Origin: Alphaproteobacteria bacterium
Lineage (GTDB): Bacteria > Pseudomonadota > Alphaproteobacteria > UBA828
Reading direction: 5' to 3'
NCBI GenBank assembly: GCA_963422645.2
Contig: CAXXVO010000009.1
Span: forward strand, 256,001-320,000
Length of the DNA stretch: 64,000 nucleotides
Position numbers and translations under genes: made by a program. Within the stretch, counting starts at the first letter, position 1; each line of letters begins with the position of its first letter. The notes under the pieces were generated by a model. The model was given only the letters and a program-made list of their open reading frames with translations. It was not told the origin of the DNA and searched no databases. Positions 1-10,302 of this stretch are shown here, one piece after another.

Positions 1-960
1 CGTGCCATCGCGCTTGAGCGCGAGCTTGGCGTAGTAGACCCGGTCGGAGGCGTGGTTGTCGCAGCTCGTGGTGTTGTCGATCCGGTCTTCCATGAACTTG
101 ACCGGCCGGGCAGTCGCGCGCGCCAGCACCGCCGCTAGTACCGGGACCTTGTGCACGAACATCTTGCTGCCGAAGCTGCCGCCCGCGAGCGTCGGTACGA
201 TGTTGAGCTTGTGGGGCGCGACGCGGAGCGTGCTCGCGATCATCCAGCCGCAGTAGTTGTACATCGACGTGTTGCACTGGATGGTGAAGCGCCCCGCGCC
301 CTCGTCGAAGCTCGCGACAGCGCCCACAGTCTCCAGCGGCTGGCCGCCTGAGCGCGGCCAGCGGAAGCGGCGCTCGATGACCAGGTCCGCAGCGGCGAAA
401 TCTTCTTCCACCGGCCCGAAGGTGAGCTTGCGCTCGAGCCCGATGTTGGTGTCGCCGCGCTCGGGGTGGAGGACGGCATCGCCCGTGGACGTCAACGCCT
501 CCTCGGGATCGACCACCGGGGGCAGCGGCTCGTATTCAACCTCGATCAGGTCGCACGCGTCCTCGGCGATGTAGCGGTCCTCCGCCGCCACCGCCACCAC
601 CGCCTCGCCGACGTGGCGCACCCGGTCGTCGGCGATGACGCGCTGGAGCACCGGCGGACTCGCCCAGGTGGGGAGCGGATCGCACACCTCGGCGGCGTCG
701 GCGCCGGTCATCACGCAGAGCACGCCGGGGAGCGCGGCCGCCTTGCTCACGTCGATGGAGACGATCCGTGCATGGGCGTGGGGGCTGCGCAGCACCGCGG
801 CGTGCGCCATCTCCGGCATGTTGATATCGTCGGCATAGACGCCCTTGCCGACGAGGAGGCGCGGATCCTCCACCCGCTTCATGCTCTTGCCGATCCATTG
901 CAGGTCGGCGCGGGGCTTCTCGCGCTGCCGGCTCTCGGGGATGTGACCGCGATCGGTCAT
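1..960 (-). CDS. Molybdopterin-binding large subunit, xanthine/CO dehydrogenase family (5' part; runs off the window start)
   Basis: Not in the ORF track. Manual translation from ATG 960 gives MTDRGHIPESRQREKP...KRVEDPRLL..AAVLRSPHAHARI..GGSFGSK. ATGA overlap with the upstream 2Fe-2S gene; clear paralog of 6058-8532. Confidence 0.9.
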   Translation of the reverse strand, partial: MTDRGHIPESRQREKPRADLQWIGKSMKRVEDPRLLVGKGVYADDINMPEMAHAAVLRSPHAHARIVSIDVSKAAALPGVLCVMTGADAAEVCDPLPTWASPPVLQRVIADDRVRHVGEAVVAVAAEDRYIAEDACDLIEVEYEPLPPVVDPEEALTSTGDAVLHPERGDTNIGLERKLTFGPVEEDFAAADLVIERRFRWPRSGGQPLETVGAVASFDEGAGRFTIQCNTSMYNYCGWMIASTLRVAPHKLNIVPTLAGGSFGSKMFVHKVPVLAAVLARATARPVKFMEDRIDNTTSCDNHASDRVYYAKLALKRDGT

Positions 961-1439
961 GCGCCCTCCTCCCGCATCAGCCGCGCCGCGTGCTGGATCG
1001 ACTCCACGATTGTCTGATACCCGGTACAGCGGCAGAGGTTGCCGGAGATCGCGTCCCGGATGTCTTCGACCGAAGGGTCCGGGTTCGCCTCCAAGAGTTC
1101 GACGGCGGTCATCAGTATCCCCGGTGTGCAGAAGCCGCATTGCAGGCCGTGCTTCTCCCAAAACGCCTGCTGCACCGGGTGCATCGCATCCACCGTGCCG
1201 AGCCCCTCGATGGTCTCGATCTCGGAACCGTCCGCCATCACCGCGAAGGTCAGGCAGGAACGGGCCGTCACCCCATCCATCATCACGGTGCAGGAGCCGC
1301 AGACGCCGTGCTCGCAGCCGACATGGGTGCCGGTGAGGCGCAAATCGTCGCGCAGGAAGTCGCTGAGCAGCCGCCGGGGCTCGACCGCGCGCTCGTAGGC
1401 CTTGCCGTTGACGGTGACGCTGATCGTCTCGCGCTCCAT
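957..1439 (-). CDS. 2Fe-2S small subunit (CoxS-like)
   Basis: [18 protein letters not shown] and NLCRCTGY motifs. Confidence 0.95.
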   Translation of the reverse strand: MERETISVTVNGKAYERAVEPRRLLSDFLRDDLRLTGTHVGCEHGVCGSCTVMMDGVTARSCLTFAVMADGSEIETIEGLGTVDAMHPVQQAFWEKHGLQCGFCTPGILMTAVELLEANPDPSVEDIRDAISGNLCRCTGYQTIVESIQHAARLMREEGA

Positions 1440-1449
1440 GGCTTTCCCC

Positions 1450-2307
1450 TCAGCCGCAGCGCTCGGCGGCCCGGCGCACCGTCCGCCCGGTCAACACGGC
1501 GATCGCGTCCCGCCGATAGGCGGCGTCGGCGTGGCTGTCGCTGTGCGGATTGACCGCGCCCGCGGCGGCCGCCGCAGCGGCATCGACGCGCGCATTGTCG
1601 ATCGGCCCGCCGATGAGAACATTCTCCGCCGCTGTGAGTCTGGCCGCCTTCTCGCCGACCCCGCTCGCCACCACGCGGGCCGCCTCGCAGCGCCCCTTCG
1701 CAAGCCGCAGCGTGGTCGCGACCACGGCGATGGCGAAGTCGCCGTGCCGGTTGCTGATCTCGGCGAAGGCCCAACCGTCGGCGCCGCGGCCGGGAATGCG
1801 AATCTCCACCAGCATCTCGTCCTGTCGCCGCGCCGTCTCGTAGGTGCCGAGGAAGAAGTCCTCCGCCCCGACCTCGCGGCGACCGCTCACGCTCCGCAAC
1901 ACCAGCGTCGCGCCTGTGGCAACCATCACCGCCGGCGTCTCCGACGACGGATCGGCGTGGCAGAGATTGCCGCCGAGGGTGCCGCGATTGCGCACGGTAT
2001 GGTGCGCGATCGATTCGTAAGCCTCAGTCAGCAGCGGGCAGCGCGCCTGAACCAGCGGGGAGTGCTTCACGTCGTTGTGCCGTGCCAGCGCGCCGATGGC
2101 GATGCCGTCGCCATCCTCCCGGATGTAGGCGATGTCGGGCACGCGGTTGATGTCGATGAGGCAGGCGGGCTTGACCATCCTGAGGTTCATCAAGGGGATC
2201 AGGCTCTGGCCGCCGGCCAGGATTTGGGCGTCTTGGTTGTCGGCAAGCGCCTGGAGCGCGTCGTCGACGCTCGCAGCGCGCAGGTAGCGGAAGCGTGCGG
2301 GTTTCAT
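1450..2307 (-). CDS. FAD-binding medium subunit (CoxM-like)
   Basis: LAGGQSL and RNRGTLGGN..ADP motifs. Confidence 0.95.
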   Translation of the reverse strand: MKPARFRYLRAASVDDALQALADNQDAQILAGGQSLIPLMNLRMVKPACLIDINRVPDIAYIREDGDGIAIGALARHNDVKHSPLVQARCPLLTEAYESIAHHTVRNRGTLGGNLCHADPSSETPAVMVATGATLVLRSVSGRREVGAEDFFLGTYETARRQDEMLVEIRIPGRGADGWAFAEISNRHGDFAIAVVATTLRLAKGRCEAARVVASGVGEKAARLTAAENVLIGGPIDNARVDAAAAAAAGAVNPHSDSHADAAYRRDAIAVLTGRTVRRAAERCG

Positions 2308-3104
2308 TGTGCGAGCGCCTCGCGGACCGCTCGCCTCGCTATCACGCCGATGAGGTGCGCGCGGTAGTCCCTGTCGGCGTGGAGATCCTCGTTGAGGTCG
2401 TCGCTTGCCACCGCGATGCCCTCGAGAGCCTCTTCGGCGAAGTTGGCAACGAGCGCCCCTTCCATCTCCGCCACGCGGAAGACGTGGGGCCTAGCGCCGG
2501 TGACCGCGAGGCGTACCGAGCTGCCCGAGAGCGATACCATCACCGCGACGATCGCGAAGCGCGAGGCCTGGTTGCCGAACTTGGCCCAGCCCGCACGCTC
2601 AGGCACCAGGAAGTCGACCGAGACCACGACCTCGCCATCCTCAAGCGCGGTCTCGTAGAGCCCGGTGAAGAAGTCGTCGGCGGCGATGGAGCGCCGGTCG
2701 GTATTGACTGTGGCGCCAAGGCCGAGCAGGCCAGCCGGGTAATCCGCCGCCGGGTCGGCGAAGCAGATCGAGCCGCCGATGGTGCCGCGGTTGCGCACCT
2801 GCACATCGCCGATGGAGCCCGCGAGCGCCGCGAGCGCCGGGATCGCCTCCCTTACCGCGGGCGACTCCGCGACCGCCACGTGCCGTGTCATCGCACCGAT
2901 CCGAACGTGCCCGCCGTCCCGCTCGATCCCGGCCAGCGCCTCGATGCCGTTGAGGTCGATGAGGTCGGCGCACGAAGCGAGACGGAAGCGCATGGTCGGG
3001 AGCAGGCTCATGCCGCCCGCGAGCGGACGGCCGTCCTCGCTCGCGGCGAGCCGGGCCTTGGCGTCATCGAGCGAGACGGGCCGGTGGTAGCTGAAGGGAT
3101 ACAT
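2304..3104 (-). CDS. FAD-binding medium subunit (CoxM-like)
   Basis: LAGGMSL and VRNRGTIGGS..ADPAADYP motifs. Confidence 0.95.
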   Translation of the reverse strand: MYPFSYHRPVSLDDAKARLAASEDGRPLAGGMSLLPTMRFRLASCADLIDLNGIEALAGIERDGGHVRIGAMTRHVAVAESPAVREAIPALAALAGSIGDVQVRNRGTIGGSICFADPAADYPAGLLGLGATVNTDRRSIAADDFFTGLYETALEDGEVVVSVDFLVPERAGWAKFGNQASRFAIVAVMVSLSGSSVRLAVTGARPHVFRVAEMEGALVANFAEEALEGIAVASDDLNEDLHADRDYRAHLIGVIARRAVREALAQ

Positions 3105-3116
3105 CGCTTCCTCCCC

Positions 3117-3620
3117 TCAGCCGTTGTCTTTGCGCCCGCGCGCGTGGGCGCGCGACGCCTCAGCACCGGCCGCGATCGATGCGACGATGTTGTGATAGCC
3201 CGTGCAGCGGCAGAGATTGCCTTCGAGCTCGCTGCGGATCGTCGCCTCGTCCGGCGCCTCGTGGCGCTTCGCGATGTCGATCCCCATCATCACCATGCCG
3301 GGCGTACAGAAGCCGCACTGCAGGCCGTGATGCTCCCTGAAGGCGGCCTGCATCGGGTGCATCCCGTCCGGACCGGCGATGCCCTCGATGGTGGTCACCT
3401 CGGCACCCTCCAGCTGCACCGCGAGCAGGGCGCAGGACTTCGCCGGCGTACCGTCCAGATGCACCGTGCAGGCGCCGCACTGGCTGGTATCGCAGCCGAT
3501 ATGGGTGCCGGTGAGCTTGAGGTTCTCGCGCAGGAAGTGGGCGAGGAGAGTGCGCGGATCGACCGTCGCCGTGACCTCCCGGCCGTTCACGGTGAAGCTG
3601 ACTGACACCTTATCCATCAC
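3117..3620 (-). CDS. 2Fe-2S small subunit (CoxS-like)
   Basis: [18 protein letters not shown] and NLCRCTGY motifs. Confidence 0.95.
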   Translation of the reverse strand: MMDKVSVSFTVNGREVTATVDPRTLLAHFLRENLKLTGTHIGCDTSQCGACTVHLDGTPAKSCALLAVQLEGAEVTTIEGIAGPDGMHPMQAAFREHHGLQCGFCTPGMVMMGIDIAKRHEAPDEATIRSELEGNLCRCTGYHNIVASIAAGAEASRAHARGRKDNG

Positions 3621-3645
3621 CTCTGCCTCAGCCCCGATCCCGGCC

Positions 3646-6015
3646 CTAGTGCCGCGCCCGCTTCGCGTCTTCGATGGCGCGCCAGATCTTCCTGGGTGTC
3701 ATCGGCTGCGTGATCTGGCGCACGCCGAGATGCCAGAGCGCGTCGGTCACCCCGTTGCAGATGCAGGCGGGCGCGCCGATGGTACCGCTCTCGCCCGCGC
3801 CCTTGGCGCCGAGCGGGTTGCCCAACGCCCGCGTGAAGTGGGAATCGAGGCCGAAGGAGGGCACGTCCTCCGCATGGGGTATGGCGTAGTCCATGAAGGT
3901 GCCCGAAAGATATTGGCCGCTCTCGGCATCGTAGGCGCATTCTTCCATCAGCGCCTGGCCGATGCCCTGGACCAGCCCGCCGTGGACCTGCCCGTGCAGC
4001 ACCATGGGGTTGATGACCGTGCCGACATCGTCCACCGCCCAGTAATTGCGGAGCGTTACCGCGCAGGTCTCGGGATCGACCAGCACGACGCAGAGATGGA
4101 CGGCCGAGGGATAGGTGCAGTCGGCGGGGTCGAAGAACGAGGTCTCTTCAAGCCCGATCTCCAGATCAGGCGGCCGGTCGCCGGAATGATAGGAGGCGTT
4201 GGCTACCTCCGAGAACGCGAGCTTGCGGTCAGTCCCCTTGACCGTGAACTCGCCCTCGGCGAGGTCGAGGTCTTCCGGCGCGCACTCCATCATGTGCGCC
4301 GCGAGCCGCTTGGCCTTCGCCACCACCCGATCGGCGGCGGTGTAGACCGCCATGCCGGCGGTCGACAGCGAGCGCGAGCCCCAGGTGCCGATGCCCATGG
4401 GCACGCGGTCGGTATCGCCCTCCACCAGGTCGATATGGTCGATGTCGCAGCCGAGCCTGTCGGCCGCGATCTGGCTCCAGGTGGTCTCGTGGCCCTGCCC
4501 GTGGCTGTGGCTGCCGGCGAAGACGGTGATGCGCCCGTCCGGGTGCACGCGGACGCTGGCCACGTCGTAGCAGCCGACCTTGGCGCCGAGGTCGTTCATC
4601 ATCTTCACGGGGCCGGCGCCGGCCATGTCGAAGAAGGCCGAGATGCCGATGCCCATCCACTGGCCCTCCGCCCTGAGCTTGGCTTGCTCGGCGCGGAGCG
4701 TGTCGTAGTTGGAGAGCGCCTTGGTCTTCTCCATGAGCGCCGGCGGGTCGCCCGAATCGTAGGTGATCCCGAGCGCGGTCTGGAAGGGGAATTTTTGGGG
4801 CGGGATCAGGTTGCGGGCGCGGAGCTCCAGCGGATCGATGCCCATCTCCTGAGCGCCGTTCTCTATCATGCGCTCGACCTGATAGACCGCCTCGGGCCGC
4901 CCAGCCCCGCGATAGGCGTCCACCGGCGTCGCGTTGGTGTAGACCGCGCGCACCGTCGTGTGGATCGCCGGGATGTCGTAGGCGCAGGACAGCATTGTGA
5001 AGTGATAGCCGTTGGTGATGCTCGCCTGCCACTGGCTCTCATAGGCGCCGAAGGCGGCGAGCGTCTCGAACTTCACGCCGAGAATCTTGCCGCTCTCGTC
5101 GAAGCCCATGCGGCCCACCGTGTGGTGGTCCCTCGCGTGCGTGTCGCCCAGCAGGCATTCGGAGCGCGTGCCCACCCAGCGCACGGGCCGGTCGCAGGCG
5201 ATGGCGCCCCAGAGCACCAGCGCCTCCTCGGGGTAGTGGTAGAGCTTCATCCCGAAGCCGCCGCCGACATCGGGCGCGATCACCCTGAGCTTGTGCTCTG
5301 GAATGTGCAGCGACTTGGTGAAGTAGCGGCGCACGATGTGCGGCGCCTGGTTGGTGGTCCACACCGTGTAGCGGTCGTTCACCCTGTCGTAGTGTCCCAG
5401 GTAGCAGCGGGGCTCCATGGAGGCGGCGGTGATGCGGTTGGAGGGCACCACGACCTCGGTCACGTGATGGGCGGCAGCCAGCGCGGCCTCGGTCTCCTCC
5501 TTGCGCCCGTGCTCGGTAACCAGCACCTCGTTGGTGCCGAATGCGGGATGCACGAGCGGGGTCTCGGGGTCGAGCGCCCTGGCGGTGACGGTGTTGGCCG
5601 GCTTCTCCTCGTAACCGACCTCGATGGCCTCGGCGGCGTCGAGCGCCTGGTGGCGGTCCTCGGCCACGACCATGGCGACAATCTCGCCGACGCAGCGCAC
5701 CACGCCATCGACACAAATCAGCGGCCTGTAAGCGGATCGAGCCTCCGCGCCGCTCCTGTCCTTGACCGGCCACACGCCCTCGGCATCGCCGTGGCCGGCA
5801 GCGGTCCAGTCTTCGCCCGTGAGCACCGCGAGCACGCCAGGCATCGCCGCGGCCTGCGCGGTCTCGACCCGCGTCACCGCCGCGTGGGCATGGGGAGTGC
5901 GGACGAAGGCGGCATGGGCAATGGGCTGGTCGAGGGTCACATCCTCGACGAAGCGCCCGCGCCCCCGAAGGAAGCGCTCATCCTCCCGGCGCAGAATCGC
6001 CTGCCCGATATACAT
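3646..6015 (-). CDS. Molybdopterin large subunit, form II CoxL-like
   Basis: Active-site loop AYRGAGR (form II signature, not form I AYxCSFR); GGGFG, HGQGHET and KGAGESG motifs. Confidence 0.9.
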   Translation of the reverse strand: MYIGQAILRREDERFLRGRGRFVEDVTLDQPIAHAAFVRTPHAHAAVTRVETAQAAAMPGVLAVLTGEDWTAAGHGDAEGVWPVKDRSGAEARSAYRPLICVDGVVRCVGEIVAMVVAEDRHQALDAAEAIEVGYEEKPANTVTARALDPETPLVHPAFGTNEVLVTEHGRKEETEAALAAAHHVTEVVVPSNRITAASMEPRCYLGHYDRVNDRYTVWTTNQAPHIVRRYFTKSLHIPEHKLRVIAPDVGGGFGMKLYHYPEEALVLWGAIACDRPVRWVGTRSECLLGDTHARDHHTVGRMGFDESGKILGVKFETLAAFGAYESQWQASITNGYHFTMLSCAYDIPAIHTTVRAVYTNATPVDAYRGAGRPEAVYQVERMIENGAQEMGIDPLELRARNLIPPQKFPFQTALGITYDSGDPPALMEKTKALSNYDTLRAEQAKLRAEGQWMGIGISAFFDMAGAGPVKMMNDLGAKVGCYDVASVRVHPDGRITVFAGSHSHGQGHETTWSQIAADRLGCDIDHIDLVEGDTDRVPMGIGTWGSRSLSTAGMAVYTAADRVVAKAKRLAAHMMECAPEDLDLAEGEFTVKGTDRKLAFSEVANASYHSGDRPPDLEIGLEETSFFDPADCTYPSAVHLCVVLVDPETCAVTLRNYWAVDDVGTVINPMVLHGQVHGGLVQGIGQALMEECAYDAESGQYLSGTFMDYAIPHAEDVPSFGLDSHFTRALGNPLGAKGAGESGTIGAPACICNGVTDALWHLGVRQITQPMTPRKIWRAIEDAKRARH

Positions 6016-6057
6016 GGCCCCCCTCCCCTGGCGCGCCGCTCTTGTCGGATCAGTCGT

Positions 6058-8532
6058 TCAGGCGGCGCTCCGCTGCTCCGCCTCGCGGATCATGCCGCGT
6101 AGCACCTTGGGCGTGAGGGGGAGCGATTCCACCTTGATTCCCAAGGGCTTGAGCGCGTCCTCGATGGCAGTTGCGATTGCTGGCGGGGCGCCCATGCGGC
6201 CGCCTTCGCCGCCGCCCTTGATGCCGTACTCGGTGAAGGGGGAGGGCGTCTCCACGTGGCCTACGCGGATGTCGACCGGCGTCTCCATCGGGGTCGGGTG
6301 CAGGTAGTCGCTCAAGAGCGCGTTCTGCAGCTGGCCGTTCTCGTCATAGTGGAAGTGCTCGTAGAGGGCGCTGCCGATGCCGTTCACCGTGCCGCCCCGC
6401 ACGTGGCCGGCGAGCGTCATCGGGTTGACCATGGTGCCGCAGTCGTGGACCGCCACGTAGTCCAAAAACTCGACCTTGCCGGTCTCGATATCCACCTCGA
6501 CCACCGGGATGTGACACATGTGGCCAACGATCGGGTAGAAGATGCCGAGATCGGTGCGGTCCTCCGACGGCATGGTCGTGACCGGGTGGTCGTAGACGTA
6601 GGCTGCGTCGATGCCGCTGGTGAGGTCGTGGTCCTCCGGCAGGTCCAGCCTGAAATAGTGGGCGTGGAGCGCCACCTCGGCCAGCGTCTTCTCCTTGCCG
6701 GGCACGCCCTGGACGCCGATCGAGCCCGCGCGGAACTCGAGATCGCTCGGGTCCGCCTCCAGCATGTGGCTCGCGACCCGCAGCATCTTCTCCTTGATCA
6801 CGTCGGCAGCACCGCTGACGGCGCCCGCGATCATCACCGTGAAGCGGCTGCCGCCCGGGCCTGACGAGTTGAAGCCCTTGTCGGAATCGGCGTAGCCGAC
6901 GGAGATGTCCGCCGGGTCCATCTCCAGCTTTTCGGCCAGCACCTGGACCGCCATCGTCTCCGGACTGTTGCCCCAGAAGGGCGCGTTCAGCGTGATGAAG
7001 GCCTTGCCGGTGGGGTCGATGTTGACGGCTACGCTTTCCGGCGAGCTCGAGAGCGTGAAGCCCGGGGTCTCGTTCGGATTCCACATCCAGAACTCGGTGG
7101 CGCTGAAGACGCTCCGCTCCTGGCAGGTGGAGATGCCGATGCCGATGTAGCGGCCCTCCTTGCGCGCCTCCGCCTGCTTCTGGCGCCAGCCCTCGTAGTC
7201 CATCATCGCCAGCGCCTTGTCGAGCACGGCGTGGTAGTTGCCGCTGTCGTACATGTTGCCGGTCGGCATGATGTAGGGGAACTGGTCCTGCTCGATCAGG
7301 TTCTGCCGGCGCAGCGCGATGGGATCGATGTCGAGCTCCTCGCAGGCGGCATCGACCAGACGCTCGATCACGAAATTGCCGACCTCCGAGCCGAAGCCGC
7401 GATAGGCCCCCTGCTGGCACTTGTTGGTGAACACGGCGGTGAGATCGACCTGGACGCTTTTGATCTTGTAGGGGCCGGTCACCTGCGCCATGGCGTTGCC
7501 GTGCTGGCCGACGCCGAACTGGAAGTAGGCGCCGTAATCGTCGATCACCTTGAGCCGCATGCTCAGCATCGTGCCGTCGCGTTTCAGCGCGAGCTGGGCG
7601 TCATAGAGGCGGTCCGACCCGTGGGCGTCGCCGCTCGTCATGTTGTCGATGCGGTCTTCCAGATACTTCACCGGCCGGCCGGCGGCGCGCGCGAGCGTGC
7701 CGGCCAGCGTGCAGACCTTGTGGCAGAAGAGCTTGCTGCCGAAGCTGCCGCCGGCGTCGGTGGGCACGATGTTGAGCCGGTGGGGCTCGACCTTGAGCGA
7801 GACCGCGATCAGCCAGCCGACGTAGTTGTACATCGAGGTGTTGGCGTGGATCGTGAACTTGCCGGTGCCGCGGTCGTAGTGCGCGGTGGCGCCGACGGTC
7901 TCGATCGGCGTGCCGCCGGAGCGCGGCCAGCGCAGCCTGCGCTCGATCACCAGATCGGCGGCGGCGAAATCCTCGTCCACCGTGCCGAAGTCGATGAGGC
8001 GATGGTGCGCGACGTTGGTGTCGCCACGCTCGGGATGGAGCACGGCATCGCCGGTGGAGGTCACCGCCTCCTCGAGGTCGACCACCGCCGGCAACGGATC
8101 GTATTCGACCTCGATCAGCTCGCAGGCGTCCTCGGCGATATAGCGGCTCTCCGCCACCACAGCGGCGACCGCCTCGCCCACGTGACGTACCTTTTCCACG
8201 GCGATGCAGTGCTGCGTCGTGGGCGGGCTGGAGAAATCGGCGCAGGGCCCCGTCACCTCCGCCGCCTCCGCGCCGGTCATGACGCAGAGCACGCCCGGCA
8301 GCGCCTCCGCCCTGGACTTGTCGATGCTCACGATGCGGGCGTGGGCGTGCGGGCTGCGGAGCACCGCCGCGTGCGCCATGTTGGGCAGCGACACGTCGTC
8401 GGCATAGGTGCCGGAGCCGGTGAGCAGACGGGTGTCCTCCACCCGCTTCATGCTGTGCCCGATGGCGAAATACTTGGACTTGGGCTTCTCGCGCTGACGC
8501 GATTCTGGGATGTAGTGGCGCTCGCGGGTCAT
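6058..8532 (-). CDS. Molybdopterin large subunit, xanthine dehydrogenase family (substrate unknown)
   Basis: AYRGFG, GGSFGSK and KGGGEGG motifs; start MTRERHY at 8532 overlaps the small-subunit stop (ATGA). Confidence 0.9.
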   Translation of the reverse strand: MTRERHYIPESRQREKPKSKYFAIGHSMKRVEDTRLLTGSGTYADDVSLPNMAHAAVLRSPHAHARIVSIDKSRAEALPGVLCVMTGAEAAEVTGPCADFSSPPTTQHCIAVEKVRHVGEAVAAVVAESRYIAEDACELIEVEYDPLPAVVDLEEAVTSTGDAVLHPERGDTNVAHHRLIDFGTVDEDFAAADLVIERRLRWPRSGGTPIETVGATAHYDRGTGKFTIHANTSMYNYVGWLIAVSLKVEPHRLNIVPTDAGGSFGSKLFCHKVCTLAGTLARAAGRPVKYLEDRIDNMTSGDAHGSDRLYDAQLALKRDGTMLSMRLKVIDDYGAYFQFGVGQHGNAMAQVTGPYKIKSVQVDLTAVFTNKCQQGAYRGFGSEVGNFVIERLVDAACEELDIDPIALRRQNLIEQDQFPYIMPTGNMYDSGNYHAVLDKALAMMDYEGWRQKQAEARKEGRYIGIGISTCQERSVFSATEFWMWNPNETPGFTLSSSPESVAVNIDPTGKAFITLNAPFWGNSPETMAVQVLAEKLEMDPADISVGYADSDKGFNSSGPGGSRFTVMIAGAVSGAADVIKEKMLRVASHMLEADPSDLEFRAGSIGVQGVPGKEKTLAEVALHAHYFRLDLPEDHDLTSGIDAAYVYDHPVTTMPSEDRTDLGIFYPIVGHMCHIPVVEVDIETGKVEFLDYVAVHDCGTMVNPMTLAGHVRGGTVNGIGSALYEHFHYDENGQLQNALLSDYLHPTPMETPVDIRVGHVETPSPFTEYGIKGGGEGGRMGAPPAIATAIEDALKPLGIKVESLPLTPKVLRGMIREAEQRSAA

Positions 8533-9014
8533 TGCCCCTCTCCCTGCATCCGTTCGGCTGCGGCCTGCACCGCCTCCACGATGGTCTGATAACCGGTGCA
8601 ACGGCAGAGATTGCTCGAGATTGCCTCGCGGATGTCGTCGAGGCTCGGGTTGGGCGTGCTCTCAAGCAGTTCGACTGCCGTCATCAGCATTCCGGGGGTG
8701 CAGAAGCCGCATTGCAGGCCGTGCTTCTCCCAGAAGGCCTCCTGCAGCGGGTGCATGTCGTCGACACCGCCGAGGCCCTCGATGGTGCGGACCTCCGATC
8801 CCGCCGCCTGGACGGCGAACATCAGGCAGGAGCGCGCGGCCTCGCCGTTGACCAGCACGGTGCAGGCGCCGCAGACCCCGTGCTCGCAGCCGACGTGGGT
8901 GCCGGTGAGCCCGAGCCGCTCGCGCAGGAAGTCGCTCAACAGCATGCGCGGCTCGGCCTCGCCGGCGCGGCGCTCGCCGTTGACGACAAGCTCGACGTTA
9001 CGTGGCGTCGTCAT
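8529..9014 (-). CDS. 2Fe-2S small subunit (CoxS-like)
   Basis: GCEHGVCGAC, QCGFC and CRC motifs. Confidence 0.95.
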   Translation of the reverse strand: MTTPRNVELVVNGERRAGEAEPRMLLSDFLRERLGLTGTHVGCEHGVCGACTVLVNGEAARSCLMFAVQAAGSEVRTIEGLGGVDDMHPLQEAFWEKHGLQCGFCTPGMLMTAVELLESTPNPSLDDIREAISSNLCRCTGYQTIVEAVQAAAERMQGEGQ

Positions 9015-9026
9015 CTCCGCCTCCCA

Positions 9027-9890
9027 TCAGTTGCAGCGGGAGGCGGCATCGACGAGGGCGCGCCGGGTGAGGCTACGCACCAGATCGCGCCGATAGTCCG
9101 CGTCCGCGTGAAAGTCTTCGCTGGGGTCGATGCTGTCCGCCGCCGCCGCAGCCGCCTGGCGGAAGGCATCGTCGCCCGGCGCCGCGCCCCCAAGCACGTC
9201 CTCGGCGGCGCGCGCCCGGTGCGGCCCATCGCCCACGCCGGCGCAGACGATCCGCGCGCCCGTGCAGGCGCCCTCCGCTACTTGGAGCGTCGCGCCCACC
9301 GCCACATAGGCGAAGTCGCCCTTGCGAGGGCTCACCTCGTGAAAGCCTGCACCCTGGCCGGCCGGCGCGCGGGGCACGCGAACCTCGACCAGAATCTCGT
9401 TTGCCTCAGCCGCCGTGGAGAGCGTGCCGGTGAAGAAGTCTTCGGCAGCGACGGTGCGCGTGCTGCCTGCGCTTTGCAGCACCATCTCCGCATCGCTCGC
9501 CAGCGCCACCGCCGGCATCTCCGACGCCGGGTCGTTGTGGCAGAGATTGCCGCAGAGCGTGCCGCGGTTGCGGATCGGCCCGTGGGAGACATAGGGGTAG
9601 GCCAGAGCCATCAAGGGCGAGGCGTCGCGCACAGCGGCGGATTCCAGCACTGCCTTGTGCCGCGCCAGCGCGCCGACCCTGAGCTGCCCGTTCTCCAGGG
9701 TTACGTAATCGAGGCCGGGAAGGCGGTTGATATCGATCAGCACTCCCGGGTGCAGCGCCCGCAGGTTCAGCATCGGCACCAGGCTTTGGCCGCCTGCGAG
9801 CACCTTGGCCGCCTCGCCGTGCTCGGCGAGCAGCGCCAGCGCCTCGTCCAGGGTATCCGGACAGCAGTAGTCGAACGGTGGCGGTTTCAT
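9027..9890 (-). CDS. FAD-binding medium subunit (CoxM-like)
   Basis: MKPPPFDY start; LAGGQSL and RNRGT motifs. Confidence 0.95.
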   Translation of the reverse strand: MKPPPFDYCCPDTLDEALALLAEHGEAAKVLAGGQSLVPMLNLRALHPGVLIDINRLPGLDYVTLENGQLRVGALARHKAVLESAAVRDASPLMALAYPYVSHGPIRNRGTLCGNLCHNDPASEMPAVALASDAEMVLQSAGSTRTVAAEDFFTGTLSTAAEANEILVEVRVPRAPAGQGAGFHEVSPRKGDFAYVAVGATLQVAEGACTGARIVCAGVGDGPHRARAAEDVLGGAAPGDDAFRQAAAAAADSIDPSEDFHADADYRRDLVRSLTRRALVDAASRCN

Positions 9891-10104
9891 CCAGTCTCTC
9901 CCCTCTTCCGGCCCGCCGCCCGGTGGCGAGCCGGGCGTGGTACGCAGTCGGGTGGCAGTCTAGAGCAAGCCCGCGCCCTCTTCCAAGCCGAGCGCCGCGC
10001 CCCTTAGCGCGCGCCCCGCCGGTCGAATCCGGGATTTCCGCACAAGTGTGCGCTTACTCGGGATGTCGGGAAGGGCCGGGAGGCGGCCAAGCACTTGAAA
10101 TGAT

Positions 10105-10181
10105 TGGTCGGAGTGAGTGGATTCGAACCACCGACCCCCGCCTCCCGAAGACGGTGCTCTGCCAAGCTGAGCTACACTCCG
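10105..10181 (-). tRNA. tRNA-Pro(CGG)
   Basis: Cloverleaf CGGAGTG...CACTCCGACCA; anticodon loop TTCGGGA; GTTCGAATC T-loop. Confidence 0.95.
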
Positions 10182-10302
10182 ACCGGCGCGCGGGGGCGCT
10201 GTGATCGTCGCCCCTGCGCGCGCTCCTTATAGCCCCAGGGGCCCGGAGCCGGCAAGCAATGCGGCGGTCGCCGCGTGCCCCGGCCTTGGCCCGTGCTGCT
10301 CC

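Noticed and set aside
3646-6015. Bona fide aerobic CO dehydrogenase (form I)
   Set aside because: Lacks AYxCSFR and has AYRGAGR; no coxDEFG nearby
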